From assembly GCA_965217675.1 (NCBI GenBank), contig OZ244559.1:2243216-2307215 (forward strand): 64,000 nt of DNA, written 5' to 3'. The stretch comes from Dehalococcoidia bacterium. Lineage in GTDB: Bacteria > Chloroflexota > Dehalococcoidia > Lucifugimonadales > UBA1127. The translations under genes were made by a program, and so were the position numbers. Positions 26,504 through 34,975 of the stretch are shown one piece after another (within the stretch, counting starts at the first letter, position 1; each line of letters starts with the position of its first letter). The notes beneath the pieces were generated by a model that saw nothing but the letters and a program-made list of their open reading frames with translations, had not been told where the DNA came from and ran no database searches.

Positions 26504-27708
26504 ACCAGTACATTGAGATGGAAAAGCAGTACTACATGGGCACGGTGCGCCGTCAGCCCGTCGTCATCGAACGGGGCCAGGGGTCGCGCGTCTGGGACAC
26601 GGACGGCAAGGAGTACCTAGACTTCACTGCGGGCTGGGCGGTCGATTGCCTCGGCCATTGCCCGCCGGTGATGGTGCAGGCCATCGCGGAGCAGGCCTCC
26701 ACACTCATCCAGACGTCCAACCAGTTCTACACGCTGCCGCAGCTCGACCTAGTGAAGATCCTCGTAGAGAACAGCTGCCTGGACAAGGTCTTCCTGTGCA
26801 ACAGCGGCGCGGAGGCCAACGAGGGCGCCATCAAGCTGGCCCGCAAGTACGGCCGCGAGAACCGGAACGGCGCCGTCGAAATCATTACGGCCGTAGATTC
26901 CTTCCATGGACGCACTCTTGGGGCGCTGGCGGCGACGGGCAACCCCAACTACCAGGCAAACTTCCTGCCGCTGATGACCGGATTCGTGAATGTCCCCTTC
27001 GGCGACATCGAGGCGATCAAAGCGGCAACGAACCCCGGCACCTGCGCCGTCATGCTCGAGCCGGTACAGGGCGAGGGCGGCGTCAATGTGCCCCCGGCAG
27101 ACTACCTCAAAGGCGTCCGCGAGTGGTGCGACGCGAACGGCCTGTTGCTCATTCTTGACGAGATCCAGACGGGCATCGGCCGGCTTGGCACGCTCTTTGG
27201 GTATGAGCAGTTCGACGTGGAGCCGGATGTCATGACGCTGGCCAAGGCAATGGGCGGCGGCGTGCCCATCGGCGCCTTTATGTGCAAGGACTCCTGCGAC
27301 GTGCTTCGCCCCGGCGACCACGGCAGCACCTACGGCGGCAACGCCCTCACCACCGCGGCGGCCTACGCCGTCGTCAAGGAGGTCATCGACGGCGGCTGGG
27401 TGGAGCACGGCCGCGTGATGGGTGAGCGGCTGAAGGCCGGACTCGAGCGGGTGAATGCCGCGCACGAGAACTCCGTCAAGGAGGTGCGCGGCATGGGCCT
27501 GCTGCTGGCCGTCGAGTTCCACGAGGCCATCGCGGGGGAAGTTGTCACGTCGTGCAATGCCGGCGGGCTGTTGCTGAACCCCGTGCGGCCGACTGCGGTG
27601 CGCTTCATGCCGGCGCTGAACGTCTCCGATGCCGAGGTGGACATTGCAGTGGACCGCTTCGAGCGCTCGCTGGTGGAAACGGTGGAGCGCGTCGGCAAGG
27701 CATCGTAG
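26500..27708 (+). CDS. argD: Acetylornithine aminotransferase
   Basis: ORF 26500..27708. LCNSGAEANEGAIKLAR, ILDEIQTGIGRLG and TLAKAMGGGVPIGA (the PLP Lys region) are present. Confidence 0.9.
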   Translation: MNQYIEMEKQYYMGTVRRQPVVIERGQGSRVWDTDGKEYLDFTAGWAVDCLGHCPPVMVQAIAEQASTLIQTSNQFYTLPQLDLVKILVENSCLDKVFLCNSGAEANEGAIKLARKYGRENRNGAVEIITAVDSFHGRTLGALAATGNPNYQANFLPLMTGFVNVPFGDIEAIKAATNPGTCAVMLEPVQGEGGVNVPPADYLKGVREWCDANGLLLILDEIQTGIGRLGTLFGYEQFDVEPDVMTLAKAMGGGVPIGAFMCKDSCDVLRPGDHGSTYGGNALTTAAAYAVVKEVIDGGWVEHGRVMGERLKAGLERVNAAHENSVKEVRGMGLLLAVEFHEAIAGEVVTSCNAGGLLLNPVRPTAVRFMPALNVSDAEVDIAVDRFERSLVETVERVGKAS

Positions 27709-27749
27709 GCATTCAACAGACACTCAATCGCACACTTGAAGGACGGGAG

Positions 27750-28952
27750 ATGGCAAAGCAGAAGGTGGTCTTGGCTTACAGTGGCGGTCTGGACACATCG
27801 GTGGCCATACCGTGGATAAAGGAGCACTACGACGCCGAGGTCATCACAGTGACAGCGGAGCTTGGGCAAGGCCGCGACCTTGAAGAGGTGAGGCTGAAGG
27901 CCCTGGCAACCGGCGCAGAGAAGGCCATTGTCCTGGACGGCCAGGACGCCTTCGTCGAGCGCTTTGTGTGGCCGGCCCTGCGCGCCGGCGCCATCTACGA
28001 GGCGCAGTACCCGCTGGCGACCGCCCTTGCGCGTCCGCTCATTGCGGAGTACCTGGCCAACGTTGCACTGGAAGAGGGAGCGGAGTTCGTCGCGCACGGC
28101 TGCACCGGCAAGGGCAATGACCAAGTGCGATTCGACGTGAGCGTGGGCGCGCTGGCGCCGCACCTGCAGGTCATCGCGCCAGCCCGCGAGTGGGGCATGA
28201 GCCGTGACGAGGAGATGGTCTACGCGGCCCAGCACAATGTTCCCGTCCCCAACACCAAGGACAGCCCCTTTTCCGTCGACGAAAACCTGTGGGGCCGCTC
28301 CATCGAGGCGGGGGTGCTGGAGGACCCGTGGAATGAGCCACCCGAGGAGATCTACGCATGGACCCGCTCCATGGCGGAGACGCCGGACGCTCCCCTGTAC
28401 CTGGAAATCGGATTTGAGCGTGGCATTCCGTTCTCGGTCAACGGCGAGACGCTGGGCGGCAAAGCGTTGGTGCTGCACCTGAACGCGCTGGCAGGCGAGC
28501 ATGGTGTGGGCCGCATCGACCACCTGGAGAACCGGCTGGTGGGCATCAAGTCGCGGGAGATCTATGAAGCTCCGGCGGGCGTCGTGCTACACGCGGCACA
28601 CCGGTCGCTGGAGACGCTGACACTGAGCCGTGACCAGATGCGGTTTCGGGAGCTGGTAGCGCAGCAATACGCCGAACTGGTGTACAACGGACTCTGGTTC
28701 TCTCGGCACCGGGAGGACTTGGACGCCTACGTGGACAGCATCCAGGACTTCGTGTCGGGCACGGTCCGGGTGCGGTTGCACAAGGGCACGTGCTCCGTCG
28801 TTGGTCGGCAGTCGCCACACGCGCTGTACGACTACGGCCTCGCAACGTACGACGAGGCGGACCAGTTTGACCACCAGGCGTCGGTGGGGTTCATCAAGGT
28901 ATTCGGGCTGCCGGTACGCACACAGGCCAAGCGGCAGCCGCGGCAATCGTAG
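27750..28952 (+). CDS. argG: Argininosuccinate synthase
   Basis: This is the in-frame part of ORF 27552..28952, with the start at ATG 27750 (MAKQKVVLAYSGGLDTSV). HGCTGKGNDQVRF is present. Confidence 0.95.
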   Translation: MAKQKVVLAYSGGLDTSVAIPWIKEHYDAEVITVTAELGQGRDLEEVRLKALATGAEKAIVLDGQDAFVERFVWPALRAGAIYEAQYPLATALARPLIAEYLANVALEEGAEFVAHGCTGKGNDQVRFDVSVGALAPHLQVIAPAREWGMSRDEEMVYAAQHNVPVPNTKDSPFSVDENLWGRSIEAGVLEDPWNEPPEEIYAWTRSMAETPDAPLYLEIGFERGIPFSVNGETLGGKALVLHLNALAGEHGVGRIDHLENRLVGIKSREIYEAPAGVVLHAAHRSLETLTLSRDQMRFRELVAQQYAELVYNGLWFSRHREDLDAYVDSIQDFVSGTVRVRLHKGTCSVVGRQSPHALYDYGLATYDEADQFDHQASVGFIKVFGLPVRTQAKRQPRQS

Positions 28953-28968
28953 GCAACCGGAGGGCGAC

Positions 28969-29277
28969 ATGGCAGACAAGTATGTGTACATCGCGGCAAT
29001 GGACGTGGACTCGGACAAGGAAGCCGACTTCAACGATTGCTATGACAATGAGCACGTACCCGCGCTGTTGAAGGTGCCGGGCGTGCTGAGCGCGAACCGC
29101 TATTGTGCGGAGGAGGGCTCGCCGAAGTACATTGCCGTGTACGAGATCGAGAGCCCGGACGTCGTGACGAGCGACGCGTGGGTGGCCGCGGCGGACTCAG
29201 GGCGCTGGCCAACGGAGATCCGGCCGTTCTGCCGGAACCGCAATCGAATCGTCTACAAGGCAATCGGCGGCGAGTAG
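28969..29277 (+). CDS. Small dimeric alpha/beta-barrel-like protein (EthD/DUF4286-like), function unknown
   Basis: This is the in-frame part of ORF 28801..29277, with the start at ATG 28969 (MADKYVYIAAMDVDSDKEADFNDCYDNEHVPALLKVPGVLSANRY...). The family assignment is pattern-level only. Confidence 0.55.
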   Translation: MADKYVYIAAMDVDSDKEADFNDCYDNEHVPALLKVPGVLSANRYCAEEGSPKYIAVYEIESPDVVTSDAWVAAADSGRWPTEIRPFCRNRNRIVYKAIGGE

Positions 29278-29314
29278 GGCGAGACCCCTCGGCGCGGGGA
29301 CGGCAGGCGGCACG

Positions 29315-29785
29315 ATGATCCACGACGGCAAGGACCGCTACGGGCGCTACCTGGAGGACTTCCAGGTGGGCGACGTCTACCGCCACTGGCCGGGCAAGAC
29401 CATCACAGAGAGCGACAACAACCTCTTTTGCCTGCTCACCATGAACCACAACCCCCTCCACCTGGACGAGAACGTCATGAAGGACCACCAGCACGGGCGC
29501 ATACTAGTTGCGGGCCCGCTGGTGCTCAGCGTGGCCGTCGGCATGAGCGTGATCGACACCTCGGGCCGGGCCATCGCCAACCTCGAGTACGAGAAGGTGG
29601 TGCACGACGGCCCGGTGTTCGCCGGCGACACCATCTACGCCGAAAGCGAAGTGCTGGAGGTGCGGGAGTCGGCGTCGCGGCCGGACCGGGGCGTCGTGTA
29701 CATCGAGACGCGCGTGCACAACCAGCGCCAAGAGCGGGTGCTGACCTACCGCCGCAGGTTCCTCGCCCCCAAGAGGCCGGCGTAA
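29315..29785 (+). CDS. MaoC-like (hot-dog fold) dehydratase / enoyl-CoA hydratase
   Basis: ORF 29315..29785 (156 aa). NNLFCLLTMNHNPLHLDE and GDTIYAESEVLEVRES are typical of MaoC dehydratase domains. The stop TAA overlaps the argH ATG (TAATG). Confidence 0.85.
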   Translation: MIHDGKDRYGRYLEDFQVGDVYRHWPGKTITESDNNLFCLLTMNHNPLHLDENVMKDHQHGRILVAGPLVLSVAVGMSVIDTSGRAIANLEYEKVVHDGPVFAGDTIYAESEVLEVRESASRPDRGVVYIETRVHNQRQERVLTYRRRFLAPKRPA

Positions 29786-31143
29786 TGGCGGACGAATATT
29801 CATCGCTGGACTACACGGCGTCGCTGCACTACGACTGGCGGCTCTACCGGGAGGACATCAGCGGTTCCCAGGCCCACGCCCGAATGCTCGCCCGCCAGGG
29901 CATCATCTCCGCTGACGAAGCCAATGGCATCTGCGCGGGCCTCGACGCCATCCGCCAAGAGATAGAGGACGGGTTTTTTCCGTGGCGGAAGGAGCTGGAA
30001 GACCTTCACATGAACGTGGAGGCGCGCCTCCACGACCTCATCGGCGAGACGGCCGGCAAGCTGCATACGGCCCGCTCCCGCAACGACCAGGTGGCGACGG
30101 ACATGCGGCTCTACGTGCGGCGCACGGCGGCGGAGACGGCCGACGCGCTGCGCGGGCTGCAGCGCGCACTGGCATCGGTGGCCGGCGAGCACGTGAACAC
30201 CGCCATGCCTGGTTACACGCACCTGCAGCGGGCGCAACCCGTGGTGCTTGCCCATCATCTTTTGGCCTATGTGGAGATGCTGGAGCGCGACGTGGAGCGG
30301 TTCCAACAGGCCGGCGCACGCGCCAACGTGATGCCGCTCGGCAGCGGCGCGCTGGCGGGGTCGCCGTACCCTCTCGACCGGGAGTCCGTCGCGGAGGAGC
30401 TCGGCTTCGACGGGGTCACGGCCAACAGCATGGACGCCGTGGCGGACCGGGACTTCGTGCTGGACTACCTATACGCCGCCTCGGCGTGCATGGCTCATCT
30501 CTCCCGCATGGGGGAGGAGTTCGTGCTGTGGTCGTCGGAGGAGTTTGGGTTCCTGCGGCTGGCGGATGATGACACCACCGGCAGCAGCATCATGCCGCAG
30601 AAGCGCAACCCTGACCTGGCCGAGCTTGCGCGCGGACGCACGGGGCGCGTCTACGGTCACCTCATGGGCATGCTCACGACTGTGAAGGGCCTGCCGCTCA
30701 CCTACAACCGCGACCTGCAGGAGGACAAGGAGGCGTTGTTCGACACGGTGGACACGCTCTTGCCGACGGTCTCGGCGTTCACACGGATGCTCGGCGGCGC
30801 GACCTTCAACCGCAAGCGCATGGCACAGGCAGCGGAGGGCGGCGGCTACAGCCTCGCGACGGACCTGGCCGACTACCTGGTGCGCAAGGGGCTGCCCTTC
30901 CGGAAGGCCCACGGCGTGGTGGCGCAGCTCACGCGCTACGCCGAGGACCGCGGCGCAGGGTTCGAAGACCTGTCGCTGGAGGACTACCGCTCGTTCTCGC
31001 CACTGTTTGACGAGGACGTGTTAAGCACGACGGTCGCGTCGGCACTGGATTCGCGAAACGTGCCGGGCGGGACGGCGCCGTCCCAAGTGGCGGCGGCGCT
31101 CCGGCGCGTGCGGGAACGGCTTGGCATGGAGCAGGAACCGTAG
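29785..31143 (+). CDS. argH: Argininosuccinate lyase
   Basis: This is the in-frame part of ORF 29428..31143, with the start at ATG 29785 (MADEYSSLDYTASLHYDWRLYREDISGSQAHARML). The GSSIMPQKRNPD signature is present. Confidence 0.9.
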   Translation: MADEYSSLDYTASLHYDWRLYREDISGSQAHARMLARQGIISADEANGICAGLDAIRQEIEDGFFPWRKELEDLHMNVEARLHDLIGETAGKLHTARSRNDQVATDMRLYVRRTAAETADALRGLQRALASVAGEHVNTAMPGYTHLQRAQPVVLAHHLLAYVEMLERDVERFQQAGARANVMPLGSGALAGSPYPLDRESVAEELGFDGVTANSMDAVADRDFVLDYLYAASACMAHLSRMGEEFVLWSSEEFGFLRLADDDTTGSSIMPQKRNPDLAELARGRTGRVYGHLMGMLTTVKGLPLTYNRDLQEDKEALFDTVDTLLPTVSAFTRMLGGATFNRKRMAQAAEGGGYSLATDLADYLVRKGLPFRKAHGVVAQLTRYAEDRGAGFEDLSLEDYRSFSPLFDEDVLSTTVASALDSRNVPGGTAPSQVAAALRRVRERLGMEQEP

Positions 31144-31146
31144 CCC

Positions 31147-31297
31147 CGTCCTTCCCGCGAAAGCGGGAATCCTGAGGGGGGTCGGGCTACGGGTTGGCTC
31201 TGGCCAATTGCAGAGCAGGCCCGCTAGAGAAGGCGTAGGCTGAACGGTTGGAGCACATCCCTCCCCTGCGTGGATTTCGGCTTTCGCCGGAAAGACG
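31147..31297. repeat. Inverted pair of family D hairpin repeats downstream of argH
   Basis: CGTCCTTCCCGCGAAAGCGGGAATCC at 31147-31172 and GGATTTCGGCTTTCGCCGGAAAGACG at 31272-31297 lie in opposite orientation, about 100 bp apart. Confidence 0.6.
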
Positions 31298-31337
31298 ATG
31301 GGCGGGGGCAGCAATCCATGAAGGACAGTAAGGCGCT

Positions 31338-32663
31338 TTGGCACTCTTAACGCCGAACATAGTCAAGCGGAACACCAACAAGGTGTTCTTCGGCTGGTGG
31401 ATTGTCGCCGGGGCCATCGGCATTCAGTTCCTGCATGGCGGACTGCTATTCCAGGCCTTTGGCGCCTACTTCGTGCGGCTGCAAGAGGAATTCGGCTGGA
31501 GCCGCGCCACCCTCTCCTGGTCGTTCTCCCTGCTGCGCGTCGAGAGCGGGCTGCTGGGGCCGCTGCAGGGCTGGCTCATCGATCGCTTTGGGCCGCGGTC
31601 GGTGCTGATTATCGGGCTGATCATCTTTGCGATCGGGTTCATGTTGCTTAGCCGGATAGACTCGCTATTGACCTTCTACCTCGCCTTTGTCGTCATCGCG
31701 ATTGGCAGCGGGCTCGGTGGGTTCCTCACCCTCTTCGTTAGCGTCTCCGCCTGGTTCCGGCGCCGGCGGGCAACGGCGCTGGCGCTCTCGCAGATTGGGG
31801 GAAGCATCGGCGGGATTTTCGTTCCTCTTGTTGCGCTGGCCCTGATCAACTTCGGGTGGCGGGATACTGCATTCGCCTCCGGCATCATCATCTTGGTGGT
31901 GGGCTTGCCGCTGACGCCGCTGATGCGAGCGAGGCCGGAAAAATACGGGATGCTGCCGGACGGCGGCCAGCGTTTCGAGCGAAGAACGGTGGAGACGCGG
32001 GCGCCGATTGATCCCGAGCGGGAGTTCACGGCGCGGGAGGCGATGCGGACGCCGGCCTTCTGGTTCATCTCGATGGGGCACGGGAGCGCGTTGTTTGTGG
32101 TGGGCGCCCTGATGGTGCACCTGATCCCGCACCTGGTACAGAAGCTGGGCGTCTCGCTTGAATCGGCGGCGGCTGTGGTGACGGTGATCACGACGGCGCA
32201 GATTGTCGGACTGGTGAGCGGCGGGGTCCTGGGCGATCGGATGGACAAGCGGCTCATCGCGGCGGCGTGCATGGTGGGCCATACGGTGGCGCTGATTGGC
32301 ATAGCCTATGCGGGGTCCCTGTGGCTGGTATACGCCTTCGCCGTAATTCACGGGCTGGCGTGGGGCGCCCGCGGTCCGCTGATGGGGGCGATACGCGCCG
32401 ATTACTTCGGGGTAAAGGCGATTGGGACGATCATGGGGTTTTCGTCGCTCATCGTGACCGTCGGCAACGTGTTTGGGCCGGTATTCGCGGGATGGATGGC
32501 GGACGTGCGGGGCGACTACGAGACGGGGTTTGTAATACTGGCGGCGATGACCGGCGTCGGGACGGTGTTCTTCCTCGCGTCCAAGCGGCCGTCGCGGCCC
32601 GAGAGCACGTGGGCACGGGGCCGTCGGCTTGTCATGCAGCGGCGCGCGAGGGAGCGGGACTAG
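31338..32663 (+). CDS. MFS transporter (oxalate/formate antiporter-like subfamily)
   Basis: ORF 31338..32663 (TTG start as given by the track; the start is uncertain). It has about 12 predicted hydrophobic segments and the motif GWLIDRFGPR. Confidence 0.8.
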   Translation: MALLTPNIVKRNTNKVFFGWWIVAGAIGIQFLHGGLLFQAFGAYFVRLQEEFGWSRATLSWSFSLLRVESGLLGPLQGWLIDRFGPRSVLIIGLIIFAIGFMLLSRIDSLLTFYLAFVVIAIGSGLGGFLTLFVSVSAWFRRRRATALALSQIGGSIGGIFVPLVALALINFGWRDTAFASGIIILVVGLPLTPLMRARPEKYGMLPDGGQRFERRTVETRAPIDPEREFTAREAMRTPAFWFISMGHGSALFVVGALMVHLIPHLVQKLGVSLESAAAVVTVITTAQIVGLVSGGVLGDRMDKRLIAAACMVGHTVALIGIAYAGSLWLVYAFAVIHGLAWGARGPLMGAIRADYFGVKAIGTIMGFSSLIVTVGNVFGPVFAGWMADVRGDYETGFVILAAMTGVGTVFFLASKRPSRPESTWARGRRLVMQRRARERD

Positions 32664-32765
32664 CGACACGGTCACAGCGCTCTCGCAACTCGATCCCGGC
32701 CGCGACCCGCGGGTCCAAGGGGCGTTAAGCAACAACGTCGAGGGTCAGCGGGCGAACTATGCATC

Positions 32766-34151
32766 ATGCCTTCGCGTTCTAGGAGAGTGGGAATTTCGGG
32801 TTTGACTACTCCGGACATACTTAAGAGGAACGCCAACCGCCTGTTCTATGGGTGGTGGATTGTCGCCGCGGCAATCGTCATTCAAGGTCTGCAGGGCGGC
32901 CTGTTGCTGCAGTCGTTTGGCGCCTACTTTCTGCGGCTGCAGGAAGAATTTGGGTGGAGCAGCGCAGCCCTTGCGTGGTCCTTCTCCATCCTGCAGCTGC
33001 AGAACGGTCTACTTGGCCCGGTGCAAGGCCTGCTTGTCGACCGGTTCGGTCCAAGGGTCGTGCTGACAGTTGGGGTAATCGTCCTTGCACTGGGATTTCT
33101 TATGCTCAGCCAAATCCAATCACTCTTGACGTTCTACCTGGCCTTTGTGGTCCTGTCGGTGGGATTTGGCCTGAGTGGGTACCTGACGCTCATCGTCGCC
33201 GTAGCAAACTGGTTTCAGCGCCGTCGTTCACTGGCGCTAGCGCTTTCCACGACGGGCTTGGGAATTGGCGGCATGCTGGTGCCCCTCGTGGCCATTTCCC
33301 TGAACTCCTTTGGATGGCGCAACACGGCCATCGCTTCATGCGCCATCATCCTCGCCGTGGGGCTGCCGTTGATGCCGATCATTCGCGGCAGACCCGAACG
33401 CTACGGCTTGCGACCGGATGGCGGTCCAGACCCGAGGGCAACCACCAACACCTCGCGGGCGGTGCAGACCGGACGGGACTTCACCGTAGGTGAGGCGATT
33501 CGCACGCCGGCGTTCTGGCTAATCTCCCTTGGTCACGGCAGCGCGTTGCTGGTGGTCGGCGCAATCATGGTTCACCTCATCCCCCACTTGGTGCACCGCC
33601 TGGACATGTCGCTGGAATCCGCGGCCCTCGTTGTCACGGTGATGACCATGACCTCCATGGTGGGACAGATCGGCGGAGGGCTCCTGGGCGACAGAATCGA
33701 CAAGCGGCTCATATGCGCGGCGGGAATGGTGGCGCATTGCGTGGCGCTCCTGGGAATCACGTTCGCCACGTCACTGGGCCTGGTCTACTTCTTTGCAATT
33801 CTCCATGGGTTGGCGTGGGGCGGCCGGGGACCACTCATGGGCGCGATTCGGGCCGACTACTTCGGGCGGCGGGCGCTGGGGACGATCATGGGGTTGTCTT
33901 CGGTCATTGTCACAATTGGAATCATGTTCGGACCGGTGTTTGCGGGGTGGATGGCGGATCTAAGGGGCGACTATCAGCTGGGTTTCGTTGTGCTGGCCAG
34001 CATGACAGGGCTGGCGTCAGTGTTCTTCCTGGCTGCGAAGAGGCCGCCACCGCCCACGCGCAGGTTGGCGGATATGCGAAGACGAGTCCTAGCGCGGCGG
34101 GAGCGGGAATCCGAACGGTGGGCGGAGGCCCGGAGCCGGGGGCAAGGCTAG
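32766..34151 (+). CDS. MFS transporter, tandem paralog of 31338..32663
   Basis: ORF 32766..34151. It is collinear with the upstream paralog from LTTPDILKRNANRLFYGWWIV onward. The true start may be TTG 32802. Confidence 0.8.
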   Translation: MPSRSRRVGISGLTTPDILKRNANRLFYGWWIVAAAIVIQGLQGGLLLQSFGAYFLRLQEEFGWSSAALAWSFSILQLQNGLLGPVQGLLVDRFGPRVVLTVGVIVLALGFLMLSQIQSLLTFYLAFVVLSVGFGLSGYLTLIVAVANWFQRRRSLALALSTTGLGIGGMLVPLVAISLNSFGWRNTAIASCAIILAVGLPLMPIIRGRPERYGLRPDGGPDPRATTNTSRAVQTGRDFTVGEAIRTPAFWLISLGHGSALLVVGAIMVHLIPHLVHRLDMSLESAALVVTVMTMTSMVGQIGGGLLGDRIDKRLICAAGMVAHCVALLGITFATSLGLVYFFAILHGLAWGGRGPLMGAIRADYFGRRALGTIMGLSSVIVTIGIMFGPVFAGWMADLRGDYQLGFVVLASMTGLASVFFLAAKRPPPPTRRLADMRRRVLARRERESERWAEARSRGQG

Positions 34152-34186
34152 CCTCGATTGCCGGCCCGCCCCCGCGCGCTGAAGAG

Positions 34187-34384
34187 CTAGGTGGGCGTCC
34201 CCGACATGACGCCGGATTCGATGTAGGCCTCACCCATGCTCTTGTAGGTGGAAGTCGTGCCGCCGAAGTCGACCTCGTACCTGGGCTGCGCCTGGCCGGG
34301 GCTGACCACCTCGTACAGGGCAGCGCTGCCGTTGGGGCCATCGATGGTGTGGAGCAAGGTGCGGGTGCTGTTGCCAGTGGTCAT
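34187..34384 (-). CDS. Small hypothetical protein (65 aa)
   Basis: ORF 34187..34384. A strong RBS (CAGGAGGTAGGT) lies directly upstream of the ATG. I recognise no family. Confidence 0.45.
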   Translation of the reverse strand: MTTGNSTRTLLHTIDGPNGSAALYEVVSPGQAQPRYEVDFGGTTSTYKSMGEAYIESGVMSGTPT

Positions 34385-34567
34385 ACCTACCTCCTGAAAG
34401 TCTTGTAGTCAGGCAAGGATACCGAAAGTTCTTCGCCTGTTCAATAGGTCAGAGCAGGCGGCCTGAACTGAGCTCCTAGGAGGGGGCGTCGTTGGCTACG
34501 GCAGGCTACGCGCCTACTATATGACGCCCAAGTCGATGCCGAGACCGGCACATTGGAGAGGGGTCGC

Positions 34568-34936
34568 ATGATTTCGAAGATCGCCACGCAAGCAGTGTAT
34601 GTGGACGACCAGCCGGCAGCCGTCCGGTTCTGGACCGAGCGGGTGGGCTTCGAGCTGCGCTTCGAGGCGGATATGGGGCCTGATGCCAAGTGGATCGAGG
34701 TCGGACCGCCGGGCGCTGAGTCAAACCTCGTGATCTATCCAAAGTCAATAATGGAGGACTGGGCGGAGCGCAAACCCTCCATCGTTTTTGTTTGCGAGGA
34801 CATCTACGCGACCCATCGGGAGATGGCCGCACACGGCGTAACGTTCACCCAAGAGCCGCAGGCGATGCCGTGGGGCCACTTCGGCATCTTCATTGACGAG
34901 GACGGCAACTGGTACGGCCTCAGACAGAGTGGGTAG
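34568..34936 (+). CDS. VOC (glyoxalase/bleomycin-resistance/dioxygenase) family protein
   Basis: ORF 34553..34936, with a probable start at ATG 34568 (MISKIATQAVYVDDQPAAVRFWTERVGFE). The C-terminal WGHFGIFIDEDGNWYGL is typical of the family. Confidence 0.8.
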   Translation: MISKIATQAVYVDDQPAAVRFWTERVGFELRFEADMGPDAKWIEVGPPGAESNLVIYPKSIMEDWAERKPSIVFVCEDIYATHREMAAHGVTFTQEPQAMPWGHFGIFIDEDGNWYGLRQSG

Positions 34937-34975
34937 ACGCATCTCGCTCAGGTGGCGGCAAGGGACACCTGCCCA

